A stretch of DNA of 60,391 bases, counting the filler, from Sphacelaria rigidula (lineage: Eukaryota), in the NCBI GenBank assembly GCA_964200075.2. It is 6 parts of 6 records of this genome, joined end to end, with 100 filler letters (N's around TTAATTAATTAA, not from the genome) between each part and the next. Parts side by side here need not be neighbours in the genome. Positions count along the whole stretch, not along the records: positions 1 to 9,983 come from CAXNAA020007367.1; positions 10,084 to 20,066 come from CAXNAA020007368.1; 4 more parts are not named here. One strand, written 5' to 3'. A model generated the notes under the pieces. The model searched no databases. It saw nothing but the letters and a program-made list of their open reading frames with translations, and was not told where the DNA came from. Shown here one piece after another: positions 1 through 11,146 of the stretch. Made by a program: the position numbers and the translations under genes. Within the stretch, counting starts at the first letter, position 1. Each line of letters opens with the position of its first letter.

Positions 1-101
1 CAGTATGGATGAGCGTTATTGATCCACAACAAGCTTGTTCGAACAACCGCTGCTGCTTTCAACGACGATCTGAGTCGAAATTTCGAGCAACAAATGGTCC
101 A

Positions 102-134
102 AAATACCCCCCACCCCCTATCGTAGGATGACTC
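102..134 (-). repeat. Terminus of a dispersed repeat (GAGTCATCCTACGATAGGGG...), probable DNA-transposon TIR
   Basis: AAATAC(C)nTATCGTAGGATGACTC recurs almost identically at 20205-20235; related termini occur at 9774 and 60328. Confidence 0.55.
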
Positions 135-657
135 TTCCAGTACTATGAGAGTAGGTCGCCAAACTGGCCCATCCGACGCCATGTGTCAATCAGATGTGAG
201 GAATAGTGTTCCCGAGCAGTTCCCAACACTGATGTTGCTGTTTCCAGGTGCTTTAGCCCATCGCGAAGTGCCTTACCCCTCTGTAGATGCGATGTGGAGT
301 ACGTTCGTTTACCAAGAAAATAATATGACGCCGGCCATTCGCGGCGACAAGTATGCTTCAGCTCGTTCCCAGTCTGCTTCTGCGCCTTCTTGGACCCCTT
401 CAGGGTCCCGCCACCGGTCTCACACTTCTCTTCGTTCCTCGTGGGTGCCCGCCTCCGTGGCTGGCTCCGTCATGAGCGTTGCAAACAAAAGAGATCCGTT
501 CAGCGCCAGTTTTGACGGATGACCATACTCCGCCGAGACTTGGGATGATGTCCACACTGTATCTACGTCTGCGTTTACTACAGATGACCCACATCTGTGG
601 AACCCCCTCCTCTCGTCTGCTGCCAGACACGAGGCCTTCAGCCGCGACGCAAATAGT

Positions 658-1029
658 TGCATTAATTGCAACACCCAAGGGCACAGTATGCGCGACTGTA
701 CTCGCTCTTGTATCAACTCTTTCGACCTCATGAACTCTGAGCTGCAGGACAATGAGCCAGCATGGCGCCGATGGCAGAAACGCATGCGTGAATACCGTAC
801 ACCCAACCGTCATTCTCGCCGCCCTTTCAGCAACCGCGACAACACTCGCTTAAATCGCGACAGTCGCCCCAACAACTACGACAACTCCGGCTCTCAGCGA
901 AGAGAAAGCTCTTCTCACCGTCACCGGAATTCCGCCGATAGACACCAGCGCACGGGGCCGAATCACGATCACTCGAACCCCAACATCAGAAACCCTGGCT
1001 CCTTTATGACTGATCGTACCGATCCGTGA
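658..1029 (+). pseudogene. gag: gag C-terminal part with CX2CX4HX4C zinc knuckle
   Basis: tgc att aat tgc aac acc caa ggg cac agt atg cgc gac tgt is in frame with ORF 688..1029 and followed by an R/N/S-rich basic tail. Confidence 0.8.
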
Positions 1030-2162
1030 CATGCCGACGCCGGCGTTTTTACGTCTTCGGCGCCGCCGACAGCACACACGAAGACTACTTCAACACCAAC
1101 CGCGGAATGAGTGACCAAACTTTCTCGCTCAACCTTCCTGGCACTTTGCAGAAGTTCTAATGACGGCCGCTCATATCGACCCCCGTCTTCACCTCTTCGT
1201 ACACAGCGTAACAGTTGCGTTGAGTCACAACTTAGCCCTACCCTTGGCTCTGGACTTGGTCCTCCGGAACCGAGCGTAAGTCTGAGGTGTGGAAAGACCA
1301 ACCGCCCGTCTCTGAGGCACCGGCTTCCCTCAGCGACCGCACGCACAGGCAGTAGTGTAATTCACTAGACTGGTTCAAGTGTCGCTGGTCAGAATTTGAC
1401 CACTTCGGACCAGGTAACACCCACCCAGGTCGAACGAGTTCATTCTTCGCGTTCATTGCACCATGCGAAGCTACCCCTGAATGGTTCCCACACAAACCAT
1501 CCTACTATACCTTCGGCTATGACTCCGCAGCCAAGCTTGCCAGCGGACAGTCCACAAGCTTCGCCCGAGCATACCCCGATGCTGATCCCATCCACTCAAC
1601 TGGACGCAGTTGGGTTTTCCCCAAACACTTTCGAAGTTCCCCGCCCTTTGTCACGGCGAGAGAGGAAGCCCCGTGAACATGCCCCCACTGAAGCGCGCGC
1701 AGCAACACGTACACCTCCCTCGAGCGGAAAACCTCGACCTCACTCTCTCCAAAATGCGTTGACTTTGAGCTCGATGAATTTATCAAGTGTCCCAGAAGAA
1801 TCCAAATCAGATTGTTTGGATATTTCTACCTCTTCTGCGGACTACACTGAACAAGACGGGTCTACTTTAGACGTTGATCCCTGCCTTCCCAACACGATCA
1901 TGTATGAAATTGCTAAGGACCAACCGAGCTGTGCTCACTCTGGGGACTGCACATCATCCACCAAGCTTTCTGGTGAGAACGTTGACCCCCCGGCGGATCA
2001 CCCGCCCTCCGTTTTCGCCGTCAACACTACTGATTCCGATCAATTTACACTGTCGAACACGGTCCGGATCTTGTCGGCGAAAAAGTGTCTGTTGACCTTG
2101 CCACTTTTACCACTCGCGTAGCGCTCCATTGTGGACCATACGCTACCACGACGGCCAAAAGC

Positions 2163-5100
2163 GTCTCTTTATTGGACAGCGGCAGCCCCCAAACATTTAT
2201 GAGTGAATCAATGGGGGAACATCTGAAATAGATTGGCGCTGCTTCAGCAGCTTGCGAAATCACCACCAAACCTCGAGTATGGGGCGGTTTTGGTGACTCC
2301 ACCGCACCTTTGACCACACGAATATCAGTTCGTCTCAGTGTGAAATTCTTTCACAACACCACTCGTTCTGCCAACCTTGCAGTCTGGGCATATGTTGTCC
2401 CCGACAGCACCATGGCTCACGCCTTACTCATGGGCCGAGATAGTTACATGCGGTTTGATCAACGCACCTACCGCACGCTACCAGCATTATCGCCACAGTC
2501 TGCGCCTCGTGGAGAACTCAACCTTGAACATTCGATACTTTTCGCGGCGCCTTGGCCTATCAAAAAGATGAACAAGCTACCGGAGCTGCTTACCTCCTTC
2601 GATACGATGGTACTACTGGTGTTACCCTCTCCGATAATCCTCAACTGTTAGAAGTTGCCTTCATTCGCCGAAATGGCATGCCTGCCCTTACGGGACACTA
2701 CCTCGCTCAAAGGCTTCCTCGGGTTGGTGCGCCTGCCGGCACAGAACACTTCGTCTCCGCAGGAAAACAACCTTTGCCACTCACGGGTCACGCTAACTTG
2801 GAACCCGGAGATGTTTTGGGTATTGCTGCTACTCCCCTCATGCACATTCCACTTGAGACATGTGCCACTGAACCCTCTACGCCCAACCCGGCGCCCCCGA
2901 CAGACAGTTCTGTCAATTTCGTCGATGAGCCTTACTTCGACGTAACCTCTTCGTCTCTATCACGTATTCACACCGTGGACCCTACACCGTCAACGGCCGA
3001 ACCTCCTGCTGAAGTGCTGCAACGCCTATCACAAGAATCTCGGTCAAGTTTCTTGCACATGTGGGATCAACTTTCACCCCATTTACGTTACATCAATTTT
3101 GACCTACACGGACCCGGTTGGGAACCCGCCGTAATCAAAGAATTGAGCGATGTTTTATTGGAGTACCAAGCCAGATTTTCTCGATCCAAAACGGATCTGG
3201 GGCATTGCAAAACGCTGTCCTTTGAAATCACCCTTCAACCTGGCGTCTCGCCAATCTCCTCTCGACCGTATCGGACAAACCCCATCCTTACCAAAAACGT
3301 TAATGCCATTTTAGATGCGTACTTGGGTGCCGATTTAACCCAATACTCCTCTTCTCCGTGGGCTTCGCCTCTAGTGGTCGTCACCAAAAAGGATGGAAAC
3401 ATACGCATCACCGTGAATTATCAACGGTTGAATCGCGTTACTGTAGTGGGAAAACTTCCCATTCCCCGCATAGATGAAGTCTTCGACTCTCTAGGCGAAG
3501 GCAAAATATTCAGTACCTTCGATCTTGCTTCTGGATTTTTCCAGAATGCCATCCACCCCGACACAGTCCCGCTGACAGCGTTCTGGACATCTTCTGGACT
3601 CTACGAATGGCCCGTATGCCACAAGGTGCCGCCACTGCACCAGGTTGTTTTCAACGCTTAATGCAACGCGTTACCGAGAATCTCGAACACGTCATCATGT
3701 ACTTGGACGACGCTATCGCATTCGATGCCTCCCCCCTTGCGCATGTACACACCCTACGAGAGTTTCTTTCTCGACTGCGAAAACATGATTTGAAACTGTC
3801 TCCATCCTAAGCTCGCCTTGGCGCGACTGAACTGGATTTTCTGGGACAATTAATTTCACCGGCGGGTCTACACCCCGAAACCAACAAAGTCAGGGCAATG
3901 ACTGAATTGCCAATGCCCACAAACATTACTCAGCTCTGCTTATTATTTGGTGGACTGTCCTACTATCGGAAATTTTTGCCTAACCTGTCCAAAAGGATTC
4001 GCCCGATTACGGACTTGCTAAAAAAAGGTGCGGCGTTTATCTTCATTGAAGATCTGGAACCTATCGTGCACGACTTGCTGAACACGCTCACCGAAAAACC
4101 GGTCCTTTGTTTCCCGGACTGGGATGCTGTACAAGACGGCTCTCGCCTCTTTCAACCACATACAGACGCGGTCCTGAATCAGCCTCAACTCGATGGCTCT
4201 ATTCGACCCATCCTTTATATCACTCGCGCCACCCTTCCAAACGAGGGCAACTGGAGTCTTCTAGAGCTGCAAGGCGGAGTCATCACTTGGGGCATAAAGC
4301 GCCTTTGACAATATTTGTTCCATGTGCCTTTCCGAATCTACACGGATCACGGAGCACTTGAACAACTCGCCAAAGGTGGCGAAAATAACCCGCGTGTGCA
4401 ACGCTGGTTGGAGTTCCTGACAGCTTCTCAGTATACTGTCAAACACCGCCCTGGCAAAACCAACGGAAATGCTGACCTTCTCTCCCGCTTGCCCCTCCCT
4501 ACAACGGCTGTGGATTTCATCCCCGCTTGCCGACTAACTGAACCCGATGAACCCGGTGTGTATCCTATCCGACGTTTCTCAACGCCCATTTACGCCCTTG
4601 ACCTTCATTGCCCAGAGACGGGTATGCACATGGGCGGCCTCCGCCCCCTGCCGTATGATGCAGTCTTGAATGGGCTACAAACCACCGACGCCGATTCCGC
4701 CGATTTCCGTACTATCCGTCCTCGCGCCAAAATTGCAGTTTCGCCCCCTCCAGTTGTCCATCTCATTTCCGACAAGACGCGCTCTCGGTCTGCCGCCCGC
4801 GCTAACCCTCCCCGCGCCCCACCGCCACCGACAACACCTGCTGCTCCAGCAAGTAGCGTATCGCTGCCTTCTCGCAGTACCGCACCACGAGCCTTGACAA
4901 CCCCCGCCACGCGCAGTTCTCACAACAAGCGCCGAGCTCGATCTCTGGCGCGCACTACTGCGACATCGCCGCCTGCCGCGGTCCCGTCGGTGCCCACCCC
5001 TTCTGATGCTTCCGACGTTCACATCGACGTTGGCACCTCCCCCCCGTCGCCTGTTCCACCGCCTCCTGAGCCACCATGTCTGGTCGGCTTTCCGGCGGAA

Positions 5101-6827
5101 GGCCAACTGCGCGAATTTCTTGCCAGTTACTCCCATCGTGATTGGCCTCGTGAACAACAAGCAGAACCATTATGCAGCGCAACCATGCGGTACCTCCGTG
5201 CTGGCTGCCCTGCTCCTATCCCGGCCAATTTATTGGCCCCGATTGGCACACTACCACCACCACACGCCGCTGAAGTGTACGAACTCGCACGTAAAGGTAC
5301 TATCTTCACAACTGATGCCGGAATCGAACTGTTTGTCCGCCGTCCTACGCCCCACCAGGGTGTAACTTCACCCGCGCCCACTGGACGCCATGCACGCCTA
5401 TTCGACGATGAACCCACTCGGATATATGTCCCATTTTTGATGCGACCGTGGGTAATGAAAGGCTGCCACACTGACCTGTCTTGCCACCTTGGTGTCTCGC
5501 GCACATTAGCGTTACTCGAACGTTTCTACTGGTAGATAGGTACGGAAGTTTCCACCCGCTTCTGGATTCGGCGCTGCTTCAAGTGTCAAGCTCGCAAAAC
5601 CTCACGACAGACTATACGTTGGCCAGTTACTTCGATGTCGGTTCCGAACGCTCCTGGTCACCTCATGTCCTTCGACTATTTTGGTCCTTTACCGCCCACT
5701 GACCGTGGCAACACCTACATCTTACTCTCTACCGACCGCTTCAGCCGTCACGCAGCCATGTACGCGGTCACCGCTGGAGACTTCACAGCAGCGGGCACAG
5801 CTAATATCTTAGCTCATGACTATATCAAGCACTATGGTTGCCCGAAACGGCTTCTCTCCGACAACGGTCAGCAATTTTGCTCCGGTCTCTCGGATGAACT
5901 GTCTACGCTCCTGGGCATTCGAAATATGGCCACAAGCGCTTACCACCCTAATGGTAACGGTGGTACTGAACGAGTTAACCACACCATGGCCCAGATAGAT
6001 GCTGTCTATGGTAGTCAACGATCGACAAAACGATTAGGATCTCCATCTCTCACATGTCATGTTGTCTTTTAACAACTCCGTCAACGCTGCTACCTCTTTC
6101 TCCGAACGAGATACATCTCGGCCGCTACCCGCGTTTGCCCATCACCGTGTTTGAGAGACACACCTTCGATGGCCACCAAGGCTTAGATCAGAATCAGATA
6201 TCCTACCATGACCTGGCGCGTGCACGCCAGCGCAAAGCTTTCACTCTCGTACGTGAACAACACGCTATCAACGCCTCGCGCCTTGAGAGGTCTAATAATG
6301 CTCTCTACGATCTGATGCACAAAAGACCTTTTTGGAAGGTTGGCGATTGGGTCTACTTTACAACAGCTTGTCAACCATTCGTCAAGGCGCTGACAGAGCT
6401 GCCAACGAGACAGTCTTAAAGACTAAGCTATCCCTCAACTGGACAGGACCATTCAAGATTCTGACCGTAGGGCCCTCGCTTTGTCGCCGATGGCTATGAA
6501 TTGGTAGCCACCCAACATTGGAAAGAAAAAATCCGCGCAAAACAGGAAATTCTCCCCAAAGGCGCCTACCTCTGGTACAAAGTCAGCGACAACCTCTGGT
6601 GGCTAGGCCAGACCCACTCCACAGACCTCATCGCGCCTGACACTTACATCGTGCGCTCCATCAATGACCCCGGACCCGTGCAGCTCAAGCTCCGCCCAGA
6701 GCTCTATACCACCAGTCCATCCGCACCAGGAAGGTCTTGGTGTCTTCAGCGACTCAAATCCAGAGGCCTCCGCCGCGGAGTCCAACATAATATCGATCGC
6801 ACACATGATGTTAAGGCACCGCCTTAA
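2163..6827 (+). pseudogene. pol: pol polyprotein pseudogene (protease, RT, RNase H, integrase, C-terminal module)
   Basis: Split over ORFs 2310-2651, 2552-3661, 3607-3810, 3898-4308, 4315-5535, 5635-6072, 6054-6419 and 6501-6827, with domain motifs in the expected order. Confidence 0.9.
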
Positions 6828-7596
6828 GCTCCCACAGACCTTCTGCTTTCCGATCTCGACATTTTTTCCTTTCTCTTTTATTTTCTTCCCGTGTCGTTTA
6901 GATATTTCCCCCTGTTTCCAACATCCAGGACACACCGGTGCCACCCATCGACTTTTTCAACAGCCTACAACCGGAGCTCCTTCGGCGCACCACCACGGAC
7001 GACGAATGGAACTTGCGTGGAGCACGTTCATCCTCGACTACTGCAGCTTTTCGTATTCTCGTTTCTGGCTTTTTATATGACTGGCACTAGACCCCTTGCA
7101 GTCTTGGAGTTGCTTATCCCCTTGCTTCCTCAGCAACCATGCGCTCGCCGCATGTGATTGACTTTTCGGCGGTTGACTTTGGTACCACCCACGTCGACGT
7201 TGTGCCCCTGGTGTGTTTTCTCTTTTGCCTCTTTATTTTTGGCTAGCACGTCGAAGCATTTTATGTTCGTCTGTTTAGTTCGCTAGCCCGCAGCAGCATT
7301 GTGTGCTTCTGCGTCTTCAAGCGCACTTGCGCCTTTCGGTAGCAGATTTCGCTCACCTTGTTTGAGGTGTGGGAGGATCGGGCAACGGAGCGAATGTTGC
7401 CCTCGTCGTCTGGGGTGTACCTTCTTCCTTTTTAGCCACTTCGGCCGAGTGCTTTCATAGCATTGAGTTCGCCTTCGTTGTCGCTCATGACTTGACGTGG
7501 AGAAAAACCTCGGTTTTTGCTGCTTTCGAGACTTCTCATCGCAACTGTAATAGAGGTTCCTCCGGATGGGCGAGTGTCATGAAGCCAGGAGGCGTC

Positions 7597-7959
7597 TATG
7601 ATCAAATCTGGGATTCTATACTTGCGGGTCTGCTTGACTAGGCCGGATGTGAGACTGATAAAAAGATACAGGCATGGGTCCTTCAGTCCTCTTGCGGTAC
7701 TCGCCCGGGTGGAGCTGATAAGCAATTGCTATAGCCGGAGAGCAGCTGAGAGTGCATTGAAAGGAGCGATAACGAATACGAGTGAACAAGAGTCCTTTGT
7801 ATCAAGCGGGTATTGCTTACTGCGTGAAGCTATTGTGGTGTTAGCTGATTTGAACACGCCTATAACCCGATCCCTTGTGACGACAGAGCCTTGGAAGTAT
7901 CTGACCTCTGACCCGACCGGCTTACACCGAGAAGGTGCATCCCGCCCAACACTATAACA
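7597..7959 (+). repeat. Possible 3' LTR of the contig-1 Ty3/Gypsy element
   Basis: A purine-rich tract GAAGCCAGGAGG (7581-7592) precedes TATGAT... and the segment ends ...ATAACA (imperfect TG..CA ends). No second copy is present to confirm it. Confidence 0.3.
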
Positions 7960-9773
7960 ACACCAGAAACTGTTCGAAATAAATCCTCATTTTGCCCACC
8001 AATACCTTGACTTGGGCAAAAAATGACTCTTATTTGCGAGCAGCTTTTGCTGTTCAAGTCCCACATACGGCACGGTATCGGTGGATGAGAGTAGAGAGAC
8101 AGCAGAAGTCGTTGAGAACTTATCCTCTTGCCCTCCATTTCATACCTTGGGCAAGCGGATCGAACTCTTCAACAGCTTCGACTGGTTTCGAATCCCATAC
8201 ACCGATTGCGAATGTATGTACACACAGAAATGCTATCTAGCTTTAGCTTGTGGTGGTGATGTCCAAACAGTAAGAACCTCGCCTATCTAAACATACAAGC
8301 TTGACAACCCCGTGGTCCGGTGTTGACCATTCGAACACCAAAGTGAAGCATTTGCTTGAGTAAAAACGCGAAAAATTATGATCGCGGTTTATCCTGTACG
8401 TTGATGGTGATATACATGATCATCACAACAATAAGCATGGTTTGATGCTGTACTGGACAGAACAATACCGCGTAGGACAGTACCATATCGTGCTTATATA
8501 CGTGCTGTACAATATACTGCAGAGTTAGCGCGGCATATGCGCCACGTGTGGCTAAACAAAGTGGATGCCTGTAACTTTGGGTGCAAAGGGGCGTTATATA
8601 CCGTGAGCTATTGAGTATAGACGATGCCCGTTCTTGCAGCGTGCTCATCGCTGTAGTCAGTAGGACGTGAAATGGAAGCGCACGAAGTACAGTACAGACA
8701 GCGTAGGACTTTATGTATGTTTTCTGCTCACAGTGCAACGTGAAAAGGACTTGAACAGTGTGCGCAGCTTTGTCTGCCTGCACTGTTCATGGGTGTGTAT
8801 GCAGTGGAACGCCGGTTGTTGCTCGCACCATACCCCGCTGCTCAAGTTCAAACTTCCACCAATAAGACATATATCATGCTCAACAACTGCAGTGTGTATC
8901 TATATCCCTGTGCCCAAGTCGTGCTCTTCGCTGCAGGGTTATCGTGGTGGTATTATAGCTGGGGATAAGTGTTGTGGGGTTTGTAATTCAATCTGTGAAT
9001 GGCGGGTGATACATATATTTTTTCTGGCGTGATGGTCCCAAAGGTCCCCTGGAAGCAGTTATAGGACACAAGTGCACAAGTGCTGATGTACACGCGGGAG
9101 GATACTGCACGGCTATGTCTTCCGGAGTCGCAACAACTGCCTTAGAGGCCACAGTCGGTCCCTCCGCCAGAGGAATGATGCTCATATTTCCCTCTAAGAG
9201 ACGTTCACGAAAATCACGTGCTCCAGTGCACCATATTTTTGGCACTCTGGAAGGATTCAGACCTCAGAAGTCACTGAAGCATCATATGCACTCTAGAGGA
9301 TTCGTTTCATGACCGGAACCGAGTATGGAATACCCTCTAGAGGGTATTTTTATCCTCCCGAGGGTCACTGGACCCTCAAGAGGGTGAAAATCGCGATAGA
9401 GGATTTTATGGGGGGTAGCCGAATGGCCGCGTGTGTAATCGTCGTCCATACCAAATTTCATGGTCCAACTCCAAGTATTGGCCGTGTAATGGGCCTGCAA
9501 ACTGCAGAATCGCTTCTCGGCTGGCCCAGCTCGTATGAGTACTGTGTCGTGCAGAACCATCTCTAAAAGGCTCAGAAGTCCTCGCCCATGCTACGCAATA
9601 ATGTCCTAACGCAAGATTGTCGCGGGTATTTCTGAGTCGAAATGCATATCGAGGGTAGATGCAACAACCCGTCAAGGTCGTGCGCTCTGAACTGTTGTGC
9701 GCTGGTAGCAATTGAACGATAGGAGAACCCAATGATAAATAGTCGTCGATGGCCGCCATTGTAGTTTCCCGAC

Positions 9774-9983
9774 GAGTGATGCTACGGTAGGGATACACAA
9801 ATATTTTCTAAGGTTAGAATTGTTAGGAGCCCTTCATCTCATCCAAAACACGTCTTATGAAAATATGCCAGTGCACGCCAGGATTACCATTTCAATGTGT
9901 TGGGGATATCCCGCAGTAATCTGCAAACGGGGATGCCCTGACCCATATTCTTGTACGTCTAGAATCATTAGGAGCCCCTGAAC
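9774..9983 (+). repeat. Terminus of the same repeat family, truncated by the contig end
   Basis: Starts GAGTGATGCTACGGTAGGG (compare GAGGAATGCTACGGTAGGG at 60328) and contains TTAGGAGCC motifs also seen at 20179 and, inverted, at 60382-60390. Confidence 0.5.
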
Positions 9984-10083
9984 NNNNNNNNNNNNNNNNN
10001 NNNNNNNNNNNNNNNNNNNNNNNNNNNTTAATTAATTAANNNNNNNNNNNNNNNNNNNNNNNNNNNNNNNNNNNNNNNNNNNN
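9984..10083. other. Artificial contig linker N44-TTAATTAATTAA-N44
   Basis: 100-nt spacer with a six-frame stop core; identical at five positions. Confidence 0.99.
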
Positions 10084-11055
10084 GGTTGAGCCTCCTGGAC
10101 GAGAAACTTTCCACAGACCTGAACCAGAGTGCATAATGAAGGAAGAAGTGTTTCATCGCGAAAGAAAGCAGAGGGCGCTGTGGGGCACGTCTATAGGGTT
10201 CAGAGAAACTGTGCAGTGTTTCTCGCGGGGATCTGGCTGTAGGATTTTTTTTGCGTCCCACAGGACGCTTCACAGGGATCAGGGAAACTGTGCAGGGTTT
10301 CCCGCGAGGATTTGACTGTAGGGTATTCTTTTGTGCCACACAGGGCGCTGCAGAGGGTTTCGTCACTCCGTGTAGAATTCATCGACGTCAATATGCTGTG
10401 CAGCCTTTGTAGCACGCATATATAATATACCCCATGCAGAATGGGCATGGTACTGGCAGAAAAAAACGTGCGAGGAGTGGCAGGGGTGAGGATCACTCTC
10501 ACGGTTTTTTGCTCGGGAGTGGGTCAGGTAGTCATTGAGCAACCTGATTTGTTGCTTATCGAGAAATTTTCTGTGTTTCTAATAACTATCAAGCGAAAAC
10601 CTCTCTAAACAAAAGCATGCGCGGTTGAGCGTGATTTTGGTAGACTGCGGACCACGGGGTTTTCAAAAGCAATGTGCACCCATATGCGAGGTACGTACCA
10701 ACGTCTTGAGCACCAAGCGTGTTATCTAAACTCGTAGGCGTGCGGACATACACTCGATCGTAAACAGTGTGTCGGATCTTCAGTCAGCAAAAGCTGTTGA
10801 GAATAATTCATCATTTCGCCCATGTGCATAGACCGGGGGGCAAAACGACGAATTACTTCCAACAATTTTTTCTGCTTGTCGGATCCCATATGCTGATAAG
10901 GGTGCAGTATACGGGATTTGCACAGCAGCTGACGCTGCTCGCTATGAATTTCTTTTCTCCCAATCTCCGGATGAATTGGAGGGGAAAGTGGATATCTATT
11001 TCGAACTTCTTCTGCTGTTCAAAGTCCAAATCTGCCAGTGTGCATGGGATTTGCG

Positions 11056-11146
11056 CAGCAGAAGAAGCTGTTCGAAACAGATTTTGTTCTCGCCCATTTC
11101 GAAAATGGGCGAAAAAAAGATCGATTCTGAACAGCTTCCTCTGCTG
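11056..11146. repeat. Imperfect ~90-bp inverted repeat (hairpin), probably a MITE or foldback remnant
   Basis: Outer arms CAGCAGAAGAAGCTGTTC / GAACAGCTTCCTCTGCTG; inner arms TCGCCCATTT (11090-11099) / AAATGGGCGA (11103-11112). Confidence 0.6.

Larger units (their letters stand above)
400..6827 (+). mobile_element. Degenerate Ty3/Gypsy LTR retrotransposon internal region (gag-PR-RT-RNaseH-IN), multiple stops and frameshifts
   Basis: Gag zinc knuckle CINCNTQGHSMRDC (658-699); protease LLDSGS (D at 2175) and ALLMGRD; RT motifs PWASPLVVV, FSTFDLASGFFQ, MPQG and YLDD (3700-3711); RNase H motifs FRIYTDH and NGNADLLSR; integrase HHCC zinc finger (~5460-5590), core (FDYFGP, SDNG, GGTERVN) and WTGPF (~6440). 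The PR-RT-RH-IN order is Ty3/Gypsy. The start coordinate is approximate. Confidence 0.93.

Noticed and set aside
10028-10039. TTAATTAATTAA as a biological motif, and ORFs running into N runs
   Set aside because: It is an assembly linker; the X-containing ORFs are artefacts.
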